Origin: Bryobacterales bacterium
GTDB lineage: Bacteria; Acidobacteriota; Terriglobia; Bryobacterales; Bryobacteraceae
Reading direction: 5' to 3'
Assembly (NCBI GenBank): GCA_963744175.1
Contig: CAVUSQ010000002.1
Location: 62,178-126,177, forward strand
DNA: 64,000 bases
The notes beneath the pieces are model-generated. The model had not been told where the DNA came from. It saw only the letters and a program-made list of their open reading frames with translations, and ran no database searches. The position numbers and the translations under genes are program-made. Positions within the stretch are counted from its first letter, which is position 1, and each line of letters begins with the position of its first letter. Below, piece by piece: positions 48,841 to 58,041 of this stretch.

Positions 48841-49614
48841 ATGCTTTTACGCACCATCTCGACCGCATGCATTACGCTATGTTTTGCGCTGCTTCCTGGA
48901 CCGGCGCCGGCCGGCCCCCCGCAGCAAGCCGATCAGGATCGCGAGGCAAGAACGCGGGAATATGTAAAGGTTTTGGTGATTGAGGTCGATCAATGGACCA
49001 AGGATTTCCCTCGAGACTTTTATATGGCTGCAGCACGACCACCTGTCGACTCAAGTAAGTTGTCGGAAAGCGTCAAAGCCGGCGCGGAGCAGTTGGGCGA
49101 TACCGTCAAGCAGCTCTCTGCGCTGAGTAAGGCTCAGGATGTTCTCGCCAATGGCGAGTTTCGCAACGAGTTGAACAAAACTCTGGCGGCGGCAAAACAA
49201 GTGAATGAGGCCATGGGGAGCCAGAGATTTCCCGGCGTCCTCCAAAACAAGTGGGATCAAATCCGGACCGATTTGAACAGCCTGGCTCAGGTCTATAAGC
49301 TCGATACGCTTGCCTATCTGCCACCTCCGGCACCTGGGCGCGCCGGCCAGACAGCGGCAGCGGTTCCTGGCGGCGTCGTCGGGTATATCGTCGATCAGTC
49401 GTGCGCTCTTAAGGGCAAGGGAATGTGGACCAATGCCACCTGCATCGCGAGATGCATCCGGGACGGCGATAAGGCGGTGCTGGTAACCGAACAAGGCAAG
49501 ATTTATCAGATCGCGAATCCCGATAAAATCGATTCCGACGCTTATGGTCTGAAAGTGACGATCGTCGGCAAAACGGATTCGGATACCATTACGATCGCCA
49601 GCTTGACGATGTAG
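48841..49614 (+). CDS. Secreted protein: helical N-terminal domain + C-terminal 3-Cys module
   Basis: 257 aa with a signal peptide. The last ~80 aa, GYIVDQSCALKGKGMWTNATCIARCIRDGDKAVLVTEQGKIYQIANPDKIDSDAYGLKVTIVGKTDSDTITIASLTM*, are homologous to the whole mature part of 53978..54271. Confidence 0.7.
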   Translation: MLLRTISTACITLCFALLPGPAPAGPPQQADQDREARTREYVKVLVIEVDQWTKDFPRDFYMAAARPPVDSSKLSESVKAGAEQLGDTVKQLSALSKAQDVLANGEFRNELNKTLAAAKQVNEAMGSQRFPGVLQNKWDQIRTDLNSLAQVYKLDTLAYLPPPAPGRAGQTAAAVPGGVVGYIVDQSCALKGKGMWTNATCIARCIRDGDKAVLVTEQGKIYQIANPDKIDSDAYGLKVTIVGKTDSDTITIASLTM

Positions 49615-49619
49615 CTGTG

Positions 49620-50450
49620 CTAATGGTGCAGCTCGTGGAACAGTTCCAAGTCCTTTTGGATTGCTTCCATCGGCGTTAGATCCGTCGCGCCCTGTGTCAG
49701 CAGATAAAAGCGGATGCCTCCCTTATTTTCAGCGGCGGCGAAGATTTTCGGCCAAGGCATTTTACCCTTACCCAAGAGCACCGATTTCCCGTTTACTGAG
49801 GGGCCATCGGTGGCCAGGATACAATCGCATCGCCGCGGGTATTGTTCGAGGAATGCTACGGGATCGGCGTTCTGGCTGCAGGCGCGAATATCGGTCTGGA
49901 ACACCAAGTCCGGCGCAGTCGCCAGGATGTCGATCGGACGTTTTCCATCGACCACTTCGAATTCGACGGCGTGGTTGTGAAAGGCACACCGCTGGCGCTC
50001 CTTCTTCAGTTTCTCAGCGGATTTCTGGAGCAGGTCCGTTAACTTCTTCCAGCCTTCCACGCCGGCGCCTTGAAACCCGATCGCACCGGGCTGTGCAGCC
50101 AAGCCTCTGACGCAGGAAACGCTCTCCGAACCTAAAATGTGATTGATCTCAATGGCATGCTCCAGGCGGTCCGCAAAGACTTCCGGCTCATTATGCGTGG
50201 AGTAGCATTTCAGGTGAAGGCTATCGAGCTGACTGCGGATTTCTTTCGCCCGAACGGGCGTCCAATCGATGTATTGGGTGAACTCCACACCTTCGTAGCC
50301 CATTTTGGCCACCGATCGGAGAGTCCCCTCGAAATCCGCGTTCAGTTCTTTCTGGACGGCGTAGAGCAGCACGCCGACCGGGATGTGCCTCCTGGTCTGT
50401 GCGTATACAGACGCAGCGGCCAGGGCTAAGAATCCACGCCGGGAAAACAT
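49620..50450 (-). CDS. Xylose-isomerase-like TIM-barrel protein (sugar phosphate isomerase/epimerase family), Tat signal
   Basis: Start placed at ATG 50450 (MFSRRGFLALAAASVYAQ). ...MGYEGVEFTQ...HNHAVEF... is the AP_endonuc_2-like pattern. Confidence 0.85.
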   Translation of the reverse strand: MFSRRGFLALAAASVYAQTRRHIPVGVLLYAVQKELNADFEGTLRSVAKMGYEGVEFTQYIDWTPVRAKEIRSQLDSLHLKCYSTHNEPEVFADRLEHAIEINHILGSESVSCVRGLAAQPGAIGFQGAGVEGWKKLTDLLQKSAEKLKKERQRCAFHNHAVEFEVVDGKRPIDILATAPDLVFQTDIRACSQNADPVAFLEQYPRRCDCILATDGPSVNGKSVLLGKGKMPWPKIFAAAENKGGIRFYLLTQGATDLTPMEAIQKDLELFHELHH

Positions 50451-50482
50451 TTCGCAATTCCGCAAGATTATTTCCTCCTTTG

Positions 50483-51364
50483 TTATCCCGATACTTGGCG
50501 GACTACCCCGCGGAGAGTCGCGCAGAGGCGTGGCACGTCGGTCTCGGCATTGTCCCCTTCGTATTCCAGCCCGACAAAACCCCGGTATCCCGATTTGCCG
50601 ATCATTGCGAGCAAGCGGTTCCAGTCGGCAGGCTCTTTTTTCCCGTCCGCCGTGGAGATGTCGACCTTCAGATGAACGCTGGTGGCATAAGGCAGCATGG
50701 ACTGAAATTGCGAATATCCATCCACGCGCAGGTTTCCGGAATCCGCATTGATGCCGGCCCAGGGAGAGGCGGTTTGTTTGACGATCTCAATGGTCGGCTG
50801 CGCAGCCGTTGTAAGCCCACCATCGTCTTCGACACCCAGGGTGATCCCTTTCGTCCCAGCATATTCCGCTCCGCGTTTGAGCACTTCCACGGCCCACGTG
50901 ATGGCCTGCTGCTCTGTGGCGTTATCCGGTATCGCCCCTCCAAATACCCGCACGTGGCCGGCGCCGAGCCGCTCCGCGACATCGACCCATTTTTTGATGC
51001 TTTCGAACTCGGCGTGCTGCAGCTCAGCCGTTGGCTGGGCCAATCGCACACGAACTCCGGCATTGTAAATCTGCACGCCGTTCTTGAAGGCTAGCTTCCT
51101 CAGCGACGCCAGATATTGATCCGAGGTGTTCGGGAACCAATACACCGTGCAATCCAGCCCATCGAGGCCCCAATCCGCAACCCGGCGAATCAGATCTTCA
51201 TAGTTCATCGACTGCGCGGCGAATTGCTTCCGGTAAGAGTACGCGACCAGACCGGCATGCAAGTGACTTTGTGGAGCCGACTGCCCAGCCAGGCGAATCG
51301 CGGGCAGCGTTGCCAGTGCTCCCAAAGCTTGTCGACGGGTGACCCGGATTGCAGAATCGTTCAT
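50483..51364 (-). CDS. Xylose-isomerase-like TIM-barrel protein, Tat signal
   Basis: 293 aa. RVTRRQALGALATLPAIRLAG signal. ...WGLDGLDCTVYWF...ITLGVEDDGG...VHLKV... Confidence 0.85.
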   Translation of the reverse strand: MNDSAIRVTRRQALGALATLPAIRLAGQSAPQSHLHAGLVAYSYRKQFAAQSMNYEDLIRRVADWGLDGLDCTVYWFPNTSDQYLASLRKLAFKNGVQIYNAGVRVRLAQPTAELQHAEFESIKKWVDVAERLGAGHVRVFGGAIPDNATEQQAITWAVEVLKRGAEYAGTKGITLGVEDDGGLTTAAQPTIEIVKQTASPWAGINADSGNLRVDGYSQFQSMLPYATSVHLKVDISTADGKKEPADWNRLLAMIGKSGYRGFVGLEYEGDNAETDVPRLCATLRGVVRQVSG

Positions 51365-51692
51365 AGATCCAACCTTTCGCCGAAATGCGCCTTATAAACA
51401 CTGACGTGGTCCCGGCATCATTACAAGTATCAACCTGATATTACAGCTTGTTACAAAAAGTCGTGCTTAAAAAATTCTCTCCGACAAGGGGCCGTCGCAA
51501 TTTTGTACCTCTTATGACCGCTGTTGAAGGTATACGCCTGCTACAAGATGTATGTAACGACTGTTACGAGAGCTCTCTGAAACATGATTTCAAGTACTTA
51601 CTTGATTCTGAGGCACAATCTCGTAGTTCCGCTTGAAGGGGTCTCGAAAGTGTCGTAACATTATTCTTCCGCATTCCCTGTGGAATTGAAGA

Positions 51693-52940
51693 ATGTTGAC
51701 GCCCAGAGTAACGAACAACCGGAGCGGATCGCGGGAGTTCCAGAAGTTTGACGGCTTGATCCGTCAAGTGGCGGAAAGCGAGACCTTTCGTACGGCGCCG
51801 GTGATGCGCGCCTTGCTGGTCTATCTGTGGGAACATCAGGGGCAGTCGGTCAGCGAATACGCAATTGCGACCGAAGCGCTGGGACGCGCCCCTTCTTTCG
51901 ACCCTAAATCGGATTCCACCGTTCGGGTGCAAGTCGCGCGCCTCCGGGCGAAGCTGAAGGAGTTTTCAGAGGACGCGGGCGAATCCTTTCCGCTGCACCT
52001 GGCGGTGCCGCGGGGGGGACACGAATTACAGTGGGTGTATGATCCCCCTCAAAAATCCCTCGCCTCGAAATTCGACGGATTGCCTAAATCGTATCTCTGG
52101 GCAACGGGTTTGGCGGCGTTGTTTTTGCTCGCGGTCTGCGTTGTTCTAATGGTGGAAGTTCGTAGTTTGAAGGCGTCGCTGCCGGCGCCGGCGCAGATAC
52201 CGAGATTCTGGCAGTCCTTTCTGATGCCTGGCAAATCGGTTGAGGTGGTAGTTCCCAGCCCGCTGTATTTCGCGTGGCCTTCCCACGGAGTTTATGTAAG
52301 GGATTTCAAGGTCTCAGATTTCAGCCAATGGATGACGTCGCCATTTATAAAGGAGACCGCGAAAAAATGGGGTCCTCCGGAGTTGTCTCAACAGTACGTG
52401 GGGGCAATGGAAATGACGGCGGGCATTAACGTGCTGCAGTATCTCGAAAAAGCGGGACAGCCGGTCCGACTCGTAGAATCCCGGCGATTTCCAGCAGAAT
52501 CGTTCGCGGCCCAGAACACCGTCTTCCTGGGAATGCCGCGCACGGCCGGTTACCTGGATCAAATGCTGGCGAAGACTAACTTCTATATTGCCAGCGTGGA
52601 CCCGGACCTGATTAAAAGCCGGAATCCTGTACCGGGGGAGCCGGCGGAGTTCCGGGAGATCTCCTATTCCTCTGACCGGAGGATGGCTCCGGCGATTATC
52701 ATACTTTTGCCAGCGCGACCCGAACACACGCGCATGTTATTGCTTTTGGGCCGCCATCTTACCAGCATCACAACTATGCTGGTTACTCTTCAAGGGCTCA
52801 AACAGGTTGATGAGCAATGGGTGAAAGCGGGCTCACCGGATGCTTGGGAAATGGTGATCGAGGCAGAAATCTACCGCGACACGATTCTGAAATTTTCCAC
52901 GATGGCGTGTCGACCCATCTCAGCAACCTTCTGGAAATAA
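51693..52940 (+). CDS. Membrane-anchored winged-helix (CadC/OmpR-like) regulator with extracytoplasmic domain
   Basis: 415 aa. ALLVYLWEHQGQSVSEYAIATEALGR...DSTVRVQVARLRAKLKEF resembles a trans_reg_C wHTH. One TM segment (YLWATGLAALFLLAVCVVLMV), then a ~250-aa unknown domain. Confidence 0.65.
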   Translation: MLTPRVTNNRSGSREFQKFDGLIRQVAESETFRTAPVMRALLVYLWEHQGQSVSEYAIATEALGRAPSFDPKSDSTVRVQVARLRAKLKEFSEDAGESFPLHLAVPRGGHELQWVYDPPQKSLASKFDGLPKSYLWATGLAALFLLAVCVVLMVEVRSLKASLPAPAQIPRFWQSFLMPGKSVEVVVPSPLYFAWPSHGVYVRDFKVSDFSQWMTSPFIKETAKKWGPPELSQQYVGAMEMTAGINVLQYLEKAGQPVRLVESRRFPAESFAAQNTVFLGMPRTAGYLDQMLAKTNFYIASVDPDLIKSRNPVPGEPAEFREISYSSDRRMAPAIIILLPARPEHTRMLLLLGRHLTSITTMLVTLQGLKQVDEQWVKAGSPDAWEMVIEAEIYRDTILKFSTMACRPISATFWK

Positions 52941-53028
52941 ACCGTAACAATCGGTAACATACCTCTTGGCACTTCTGCTGGAAGGGAATTGCGTGTTGAG
53001 CTGACAGACAGTCCCTCGCGGAGCGTCC

Positions 53029-53958
53029 ATGATTTCTACGGTCACAAGCAGCACGGTTTTACTATCCGCAGTATTTCTGACAGCGACAGCGTCCGGGCAA
53101 ACCACGTCGAAGTGGCATACGCGGGATGTAACTCGCTTGAGCCAGGTGCAAATCTCGGACTATCTCAAACGAAGCGATGTCATATTTGTGGCGGTAGGCG
53201 CGACGGAATCGCAGGGCGCCGACGCCAGCGATCGTGAGTACATTGCGCCTCTTGGCTCGGCGGCGCAGATGGCCGAGGAAACCGATGCAGTATATATGCC
53301 GAACCTATGTTATTTCTATCCGGGTTCGACCATCACCTCTTCGGCGACCGTTTATATTTCCATTCCTTTGGGAGAGGCTTATCTCAAAGCGATCGCGCAC
53401 TCGCTGCTGCGCCAGGGATTTAAGACTCAGATTTGGGTGTGGCACGGGCATGGACCCTCGCCGCTGTACGTGGGTGCGATGGTGCGAGACTTTTTTGAAG
53501 AGACCCACGTGCCGATCCTCGCGATCGACGCGGCGCAAGCGGAACGCGCATACAAGGGGCCGAAGGATATGATTATGTATGGCAAGTATGCCTCCGTGGG
53601 GCACATCGAAGATCTGCCGCTTGCAAGCGAGGCGCCTGCCCGGCCGGCCCGCAAGGCAGCCTCCGCTGACGACCCGGGTTTAGCGACGCTCACCAAGATG
53701 GGGCTCGCGGGCAGTCTGGCGCTGGGTTATTGGTGGGCGGATCCCGAGGCTCACGGATCCGGGGGCGGTAGCGCGAAGCTGCCCTCTACAGTGGAAGAGC
53801 GTGCGGAATGGGCCAAAACGGGGATGCAGCAACTGGCTGCTATCGTAAAGACCATGGACCTGAAGACGGTGGTATCCGCGCTGCAGCAACATGCCAGGTT
53901 CACGGAAGAGAAAATTGTTCCGAAGTTCAAAACTCTGCTGCCCGAAACCGAAAAATGA
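53029..53958 (+). CDS. Creatininase-fold paralog 1 with Sec signal peptide
   Basis: 309 aa. Signal MISTVTSSTVLLSAVFLTATASGQ. IFVAVGATESQGADASDREY aligns with the creatininase ILPVGSxEQHGPHLPLxTD block (His replaced by Gln). RQGFKTQIWVWHGHGPS aligns with the NGHGGN block. Confidence 0.75.
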   Translation: MISTVTSSTVLLSAVFLTATASGQTTSKWHTRDVTRLSQVQISDYLKRSDVIFVAVGATESQGADASDREYIAPLGSAAQMAEETDAVYMPNLCYFYPGSTITSSATVYISIPLGEAYLKAIAHSLLRQGFKTQIWVWHGHGPSPLYVGAMVRDFFEETHVPILAIDAAQAERAYKGPKDMIMYGKYASVGHIEDLPLASEAPARPARKAASADDPGLATLTKMGLAGSLALGYWWADPEAHGSGGGSAKLPSTVEERAEWAKTGMQQLAAIVKTMDLKTVVSALQQHARFTEEKIVPKFKTLLPETEK

Positions 53959-53977
53959 TCCGATCAGGAGAGCGTAT

Positions 53978-54271
53978 ATGAATCGATGGATGTTGATGTT
54001 CACGCTTATTACAGGTATTGCCGCTGCGGCGGATTTGAGCGGCTACATTGTGGATCAGACGTGCGCGGGCAAGAAAGCGATGTGGGAAGATTCAGAATGC
54101 GTCGCCCGTTGCGTGAGGAGAGGCAGTGTAGTGGTGCTGGTGACCGATGACGGGGCGATCCACAAAATCGCGAACCAGGATAAAGTGAAGGCTGAATCCT
54201 ATGGCAAAAAGGTGACGGTCACGGGCAAGATCGAGGGTGACACCATTACCATTGAAGACTTGAAGATGTAG
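53978..54271 (+). CDS. Small secreted 3-Cys protein
   Basis: Start placed at ATG 53978 (AGGAGA SD): MNRWMLMFTLITGIAAAADLSGYIVDQTCAGKKAMWEDSECVARCVRRGSVVVLVTDDGAIHKIANQDKVKAESYGKKVTVTGKIEGDTITIEDLKM*. Confidence 0.7.
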   Translation: MNRWMLMFTLITGIAAAADLSGYIVDQTCAGKKAMWEDSECVARCVRRGSVVVLVTDDGAIHKIANQDKVKAESYGKKVTVTGKIEGDTITIEDLKM

Positions 54272-54275
54272 TTTG

Positions 54276-54989
54276 ATGCAGACGAATAAAGCGACCGCCG
54301 CGGCTGCCTCAGGATGCCTCTTTTTGTCTTTGGGGCTATGGATTGCGATGCGCGCTGGAGCGGAGCCACAGGAGACCGGATCCGAGACTTGGATCTTCGA
54401 TCGACTCGATCAGCTCGGCGGTCATGCCACCACTGTTCTGGGCCATCCGCACGTGATCGACTCGCCGGAAGGCAAGGCGGTCGAGTTTAACGGCCAAGAC
54501 GACGGCCTTCAGCTCGAAGTGCATCCGTTAGAGGGCGCCGCGACCTACACCTGGGAAGCAGTTTTCCGGCCCGATGGCGGCGATCCGGAGCAACGCTGGT
54601 TCCACCTCGAAGAAAATCCAGCAACCGGTTCCGACGCGGATAGCCGAATGCTTTTCGAGATTCGCGTGATCGGGGATCGCTGGTGTCTCGACGCCTTCAA
54701 TCGGTCGGGATCGGTGCAGAAGGCTCTGCTCGATCGCAAGAGTCTGCACACCCTGGGAGTCTGGCACCGTGTAGCCGCGGTTTATGATGGCGCGGAGTTC
54801 CGAAGCTACGTAGACGGCATTCTGGACGGCTCTGCGAAAATCTCTCTGACGCCGCAGGGCGCCGGACGAACGTCCATCGGCGTGCGCATCAACAAAGTGT
54901 ATTATTTCAAAGGCGCCATCCATCTGGCGCGTTTTACCCGTCGCGCGCTTTCGCCTTCGGAGTTTGTGAAATTGTCCGGCAATCCGTAA
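54276..54989 (+). CDS. Secreted LamG/concanavalin-A-like lectin-fold protein
   Basis: ~237 aa with signal-like AAAASGCLFLSLGLWIAMRAGA. ...GKAVEFNGQDDGLQLE...WHRVAAVYDGAEFRSYVDGILDG...FKGAIHLARFTRRALSPSEF is the Laminin_G_3-like pattern. Confidence 0.7.
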   Translation: MQTNKATAAAASGCLFLSLGLWIAMRAGAEPQETGSETWIFDRLDQLGGHATTVLGHPHVIDSPEGKAVEFNGQDDGLQLEVHPLEGAATYTWEAVFRPDGGDPEQRWFHLEENPATGSDADSRMLFEIRVIGDRWCLDAFNRSGSVQKALLDRKSLHTLGVWHRVAAVYDGAEFRSYVDGILDGSAKISLTPQGAGRTSIGVRINKVYYFKGAIHLARFTRRALSPSEFVKLSGNP

Positions 54990-55006
54990 TTGAAGGAGCG
55001 GTTTAA

Positions 55007-55930
55007 ATGTCCCACAAGATTCTATTCATGCTAAGTCTAAGCTGCTGCATGCTGACAACAGCTCCGGCATGGTCCCAGGTGCGGAAATTACACACGCGCG
55101 ATCTGACCCGGCTGAGTCAGGTTCAGGTCGCCGATCATTTGAAGCACAGCGACATCATATTTATACCTTTGGGAGCGGTGGAAACCAACGGCATCATGCC
55201 CAGCGATCGCGATTATGTCTCGCCGCTGGCGTATGCGATGGCCATGGCCGACGATGTCGATGGCTTGTACATGCCCGGTCTGGTATGGTCCTACCCGGGC
55301 ACTACATTGATTGCCCAAGCCACCGTAAATATGTCGCCGACGCAAGGGCTGAATTTTTTGAGGGCGGTAGCGGAGTCTCTTTTGCGACAGGGCTTTCGCC
55401 GGCAGGTATATATTTCATCGGGACAAGGCCCCGCGCCGCTGACCGCCGGAACGTTGGTTCGGGAATTTTATGACACGGAGCATGTTCCACTCCTCTATAT
55501 CGACATGGACGCCTATCTGCCGAAATTGAAACTGCCGCCGACAGCCCGGGACAAGGCGTTGTACGGGGCGCACTACATCACCGGGAGAATCATCGATCTG
55601 CCGCTCCAAGGCGAATACGGCGAAGCGGAATCGCAGGCGGCGGGTCCCGTGCCTGAGAATACCGGGTTGGCAGGGCTGACGAAACTTGGTTATTCAGGCA
55701 GCTTATCGCTGGGATCGTGGCAGCCCGACGTCATGGCCCACGGCAGGCCTCCAGTGTTGGCGTCCTCAGCCGCTCAGCGCGAGGAGTGGGGAAAGGAAGG
55801 GGAGGCTCAGATTCGTGCGATCGTCAAGCTGATGAAGATGCAGGAAGCCATGGACGACTTAAAGCAACACGATAAATTCACTAACGAGATTCTGATTCCG
55901 AAATATGGGAAGTTGGTCCCCAGTCGCTAG
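55007..55930 (+). CDS. Creatininase-fold paralog 2 with Sec signal peptide
   Basis: 307 aa. Signal MSHKILFMLSLSCCMLTTAPAWSQ. IFIPLGAVETNGIMPSDRDY (His replaced by Asn). RQGFRRQVYISSGQGPA (second His position is Gln). Confidence 0.75.
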   Translation: MSHKILFMLSLSCCMLTTAPAWSQVRKLHTRDLTRLSQVQVADHLKHSDIIFIPLGAVETNGIMPSDRDYVSPLAYAMAMADDVDGLYMPGLVWSYPGTTLIAQATVNMSPTQGLNFLRAVAESLLRQGFRRQVYISSGQGPAPLTAGTLVREFYDTEHVPLLYIDMDAYLPKLKLPPTARDKALYGAHYITGRIIDLPLQGEYGEAESQAAGPVPENTGLAGLTKLGYSGSLSLGSWQPDVMAHGRPPVLASSAAQREEWGKEGEAQIRAIVKLMKMQEAMDDLKQHDKFTNEILIPKYGKLVPSR

Positions 55931-55989
55931 TCTGCAGGTCCGTAAGTATATGGGAACTTTAGTAATTGGAGACTAGTATGCTCTTCCAC

Positions 55990-56047
55990 CGATTCTGTTA
56001 GCGGAAATGCTCGCGTCTGTCCGCATGTTTTACGCATGGCGGTTCAG
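55990..56047 (+). repeat. Copy C of a hairpin-forming intergenic repeat
   Basis: CGATTCTGTTAGCGGAAATGCTCGCGTCTGTCCGCATGTTTTACGCATGGCGGTTCAG, near-identical to 32287-32343. Confidence 0.6.
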
Positions 56048-56085
56048 TAGCCACGTTGAAAGCATGCGGGTAGACGTAAATCTAG

Positions 56086-57207
56086 ATGGATCAATCCACA
56101 TTCGATGCGCTCGAGCAGACTTCCCGGTGCGAAGGGCCCGAGGCGGTGCTCGATCTGGTGATCGAGACGGCCTTGCGGGAGAAGAACTATCGGTTGCTGT
56201 TCGGCGCGCGGATCATGCAGGTTCGCCACCGTTTAGGTCTGAAGCTCATCGATACCGATCCGGTCCCCCAGGTCACCAGCGAACAGCGTCCTATCTATGA
56301 GAAAGCCCTGACCGATGCCGCGCGAGAGGCAGGCGGCCTGCTGCTCGACAACGGCGATATCGCTGGGGCGTGGCCGTATTTTAAGGCGATTGACGCTCCG
56401 GCCGCGGTCGCCGCTGCCATAGAAAATGTAACCAGCGGAGACGGACTTGAGCGTATCATCCAGATTGCGTACCAAGAGGGCGTGAACCGCAGAAAAGGTT
56501 TCGAGTTGATCCTGCAGCACCATGGGATTTGCAGCGCCATCACCTGGTTCGGATCCAATCCTGACTCTGAAAGCCGCGAGAGGTGTCTCGATCTGCTGGT
56601 CCGGACGCTGTACATGGAAGTGGCTGCCGCTCTCAAAGAAACCATCGCCTCCTCGGAAGGCGCCGCGCCTCAAACGAACAGCTTGCCGGAATTGATCGCG
56701 GGACGCGCTTGGCTATTTGAAGGAACCAGCAGCTATGTCGATAGCACGCATTTAACGGCGGTCGTTCGATTTTCCCCCGAGCTTGAGGATCGGGAAGCGC
56801 TACGCATGGCTTTGGAGCTGGCCGAGTATGGCCAACATCTGAATCCTATGTTTCATTTTCGCGGCGATCCGCCATTCGAGGCCACCTATCTGGATCACGC
56901 GTTCTACTTGCGAGCTCTCCTGGGGATAGACGTCGACGAGGCCATCGCGCATTTCCGCCGGAAAATCCTTGGGATCGGCGATACGATTCATGCCGAGGCC
57001 CTCATTGAGCTACTGGTGCGGTTGGGCCGGTATGAGGATGCGATACAGGCATCCCTTGCATACCTTCCCGACGCCGGCGGGAGCTGTACGCCCGTTCAGC
57101 AGTTGTGCCAGATGGCAGGAAATTACACCCAGCTGCGGAGCATCGCGCGAGAAAGCGGCGATTTGTTGGGATTTGCGGCCGGGGTCATTCAAGGAGGAGA
57201 TAAATAA
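56086..57207 (+). CDS. Cytoplasmic all-helical hypothetical protein
   Basis: 373 aa with no signal peptide or TM segment. MDQSTFDALEQTSRCEGPEAVLDLVIETALREKNYRLLFGARIMQ... No family recognised. Confidence 0.6.
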   Translation: MDQSTFDALEQTSRCEGPEAVLDLVIETALREKNYRLLFGARIMQVRHRLGLKLIDTDPVPQVTSEQRPIYEKALTDAAREAGGLLLDNGDIAGAWPYFKAIDAPAAVAAAIENVTSGDGLERIIQIAYQEGVNRRKGFELILQHHGICSAITWFGSNPDSESRERCLDLLVRTLYMEVAAALKETIASSEGAAPQTNSLPELIAGRAWLFEGTSSYVDSTHLTAVVRFSPELEDREALRMALELAEYGQHLNPMFHFRGDPPFEATYLDHAFYLRALLGIDVDEAIAHFRRKILGIGDTIHAEALIELLVRLGRYEDAIQASLAYLPDAGGSCTPVQQLCQMAGNYTQLRSIARESGDLLGFAAGVIQGGDK

Positions 57208-57211
57208 TAAG

Positions 57212-58036
57212 ATGAGTTCCATGCACTCCCGCCGCCGTTTCGGAGTCCTAACCGCCGCCGCGCTGACTTCGCTGCGCGCCCAGAATAAGGCTCCCATCCC
57301 GATTGGCCTGCAACAGACCGCGGTCAACAAAAATATCCAGCAGGACCTTCCAGGAACGCTGCAGGCCGTCGCGAAAATGGGCTACCAGATAATTGAATTC
57401 TCCGCGGGCACGTTCATGAAGTGGAGTCCCGCGACAGCCCATGACGTCCGAAAGATATTGGATGACGTGAATCTTCGCTGCCGCTCCACGCACAACGAAA
57501 TCGCTTCGTTTTCGAGCGACGGTCTATCCCGCGCCATCGAACTGAATCATATTATCGGATCGGATACCTTGGTCTCCGTTCGCGGACCCGTTCCGCCGAC
57601 CCTCGATGCATGGAAGCGCTTTAGCGAACAGTTGAGTCAGGCTGCCGATCGTATTCTTGCTGCGCATATGACCCTGGGATTTCACAATCATGAAATTGAA
57701 TTCAAGCCCGTTGACGGAACTCGCCCCATAGATATTCTGGCCGCCAACAAAGACATCACCTCGTTCCATTTGAACCTGGGTCTGTGTCTGAAAGGTGGCG
57801 GCGATCCCATTGCCTTCCTGAACCAGTGTCCTGGACGCGTTCAGGCGATCCTGTGTCAGGATTTTGAAGGCAAAGCGCGCTGGAAGGAAACGTTCGCGGC
57901 GGCCGAGAACGGGAGCGGATTGGAATTCTATTTAATCCAAAGAACCGACGGCCTCTCACTGGTGCCGCGCGAAGGCACCGATTTATTGGAGTTCGCGCGG
58001 CAGGACCTCGAATATTTTCGCCGCCTGCATTCCTGA
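57212..58036 (+). CDS. Xylose-isomerase-like TIM-barrel protein, Tat-like signal
   Basis: Start placed at ATG 57212 (AAGGAGGAGA SD; MSSMHSRRRFGVLTAAALTSLRA). ...MGYQIIEFSAG...HNHEIEF... The track extension to 56969 overlaps the previous gene and is rejected. Confidence 0.85.
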   Translation: MSSMHSRRRFGVLTAAALTSLRAQNKAPIPIGLQQTAVNKNIQQDLPGTLQAVAKMGYQIIEFSAGTFMKWSPATAHDVRKILDDVNLRCRSTHNEIASFSSDGLSRAIELNHIIGSDTLVSVRGPVPPTLDAWKRFSEQLSQAADRILAAHMTLGFHNHEIEFKPVDGTRPIDILAANKDITSFHLNLGLCLKGGGDPIAFLNQCPGRVQAILCQDFEGKARWKETFAAAENGSGLEFYLIQRTDGLSLVPREGTDLLEFARQDLEYFRRLHS

Positions 58037-58041
58037 CCCAT

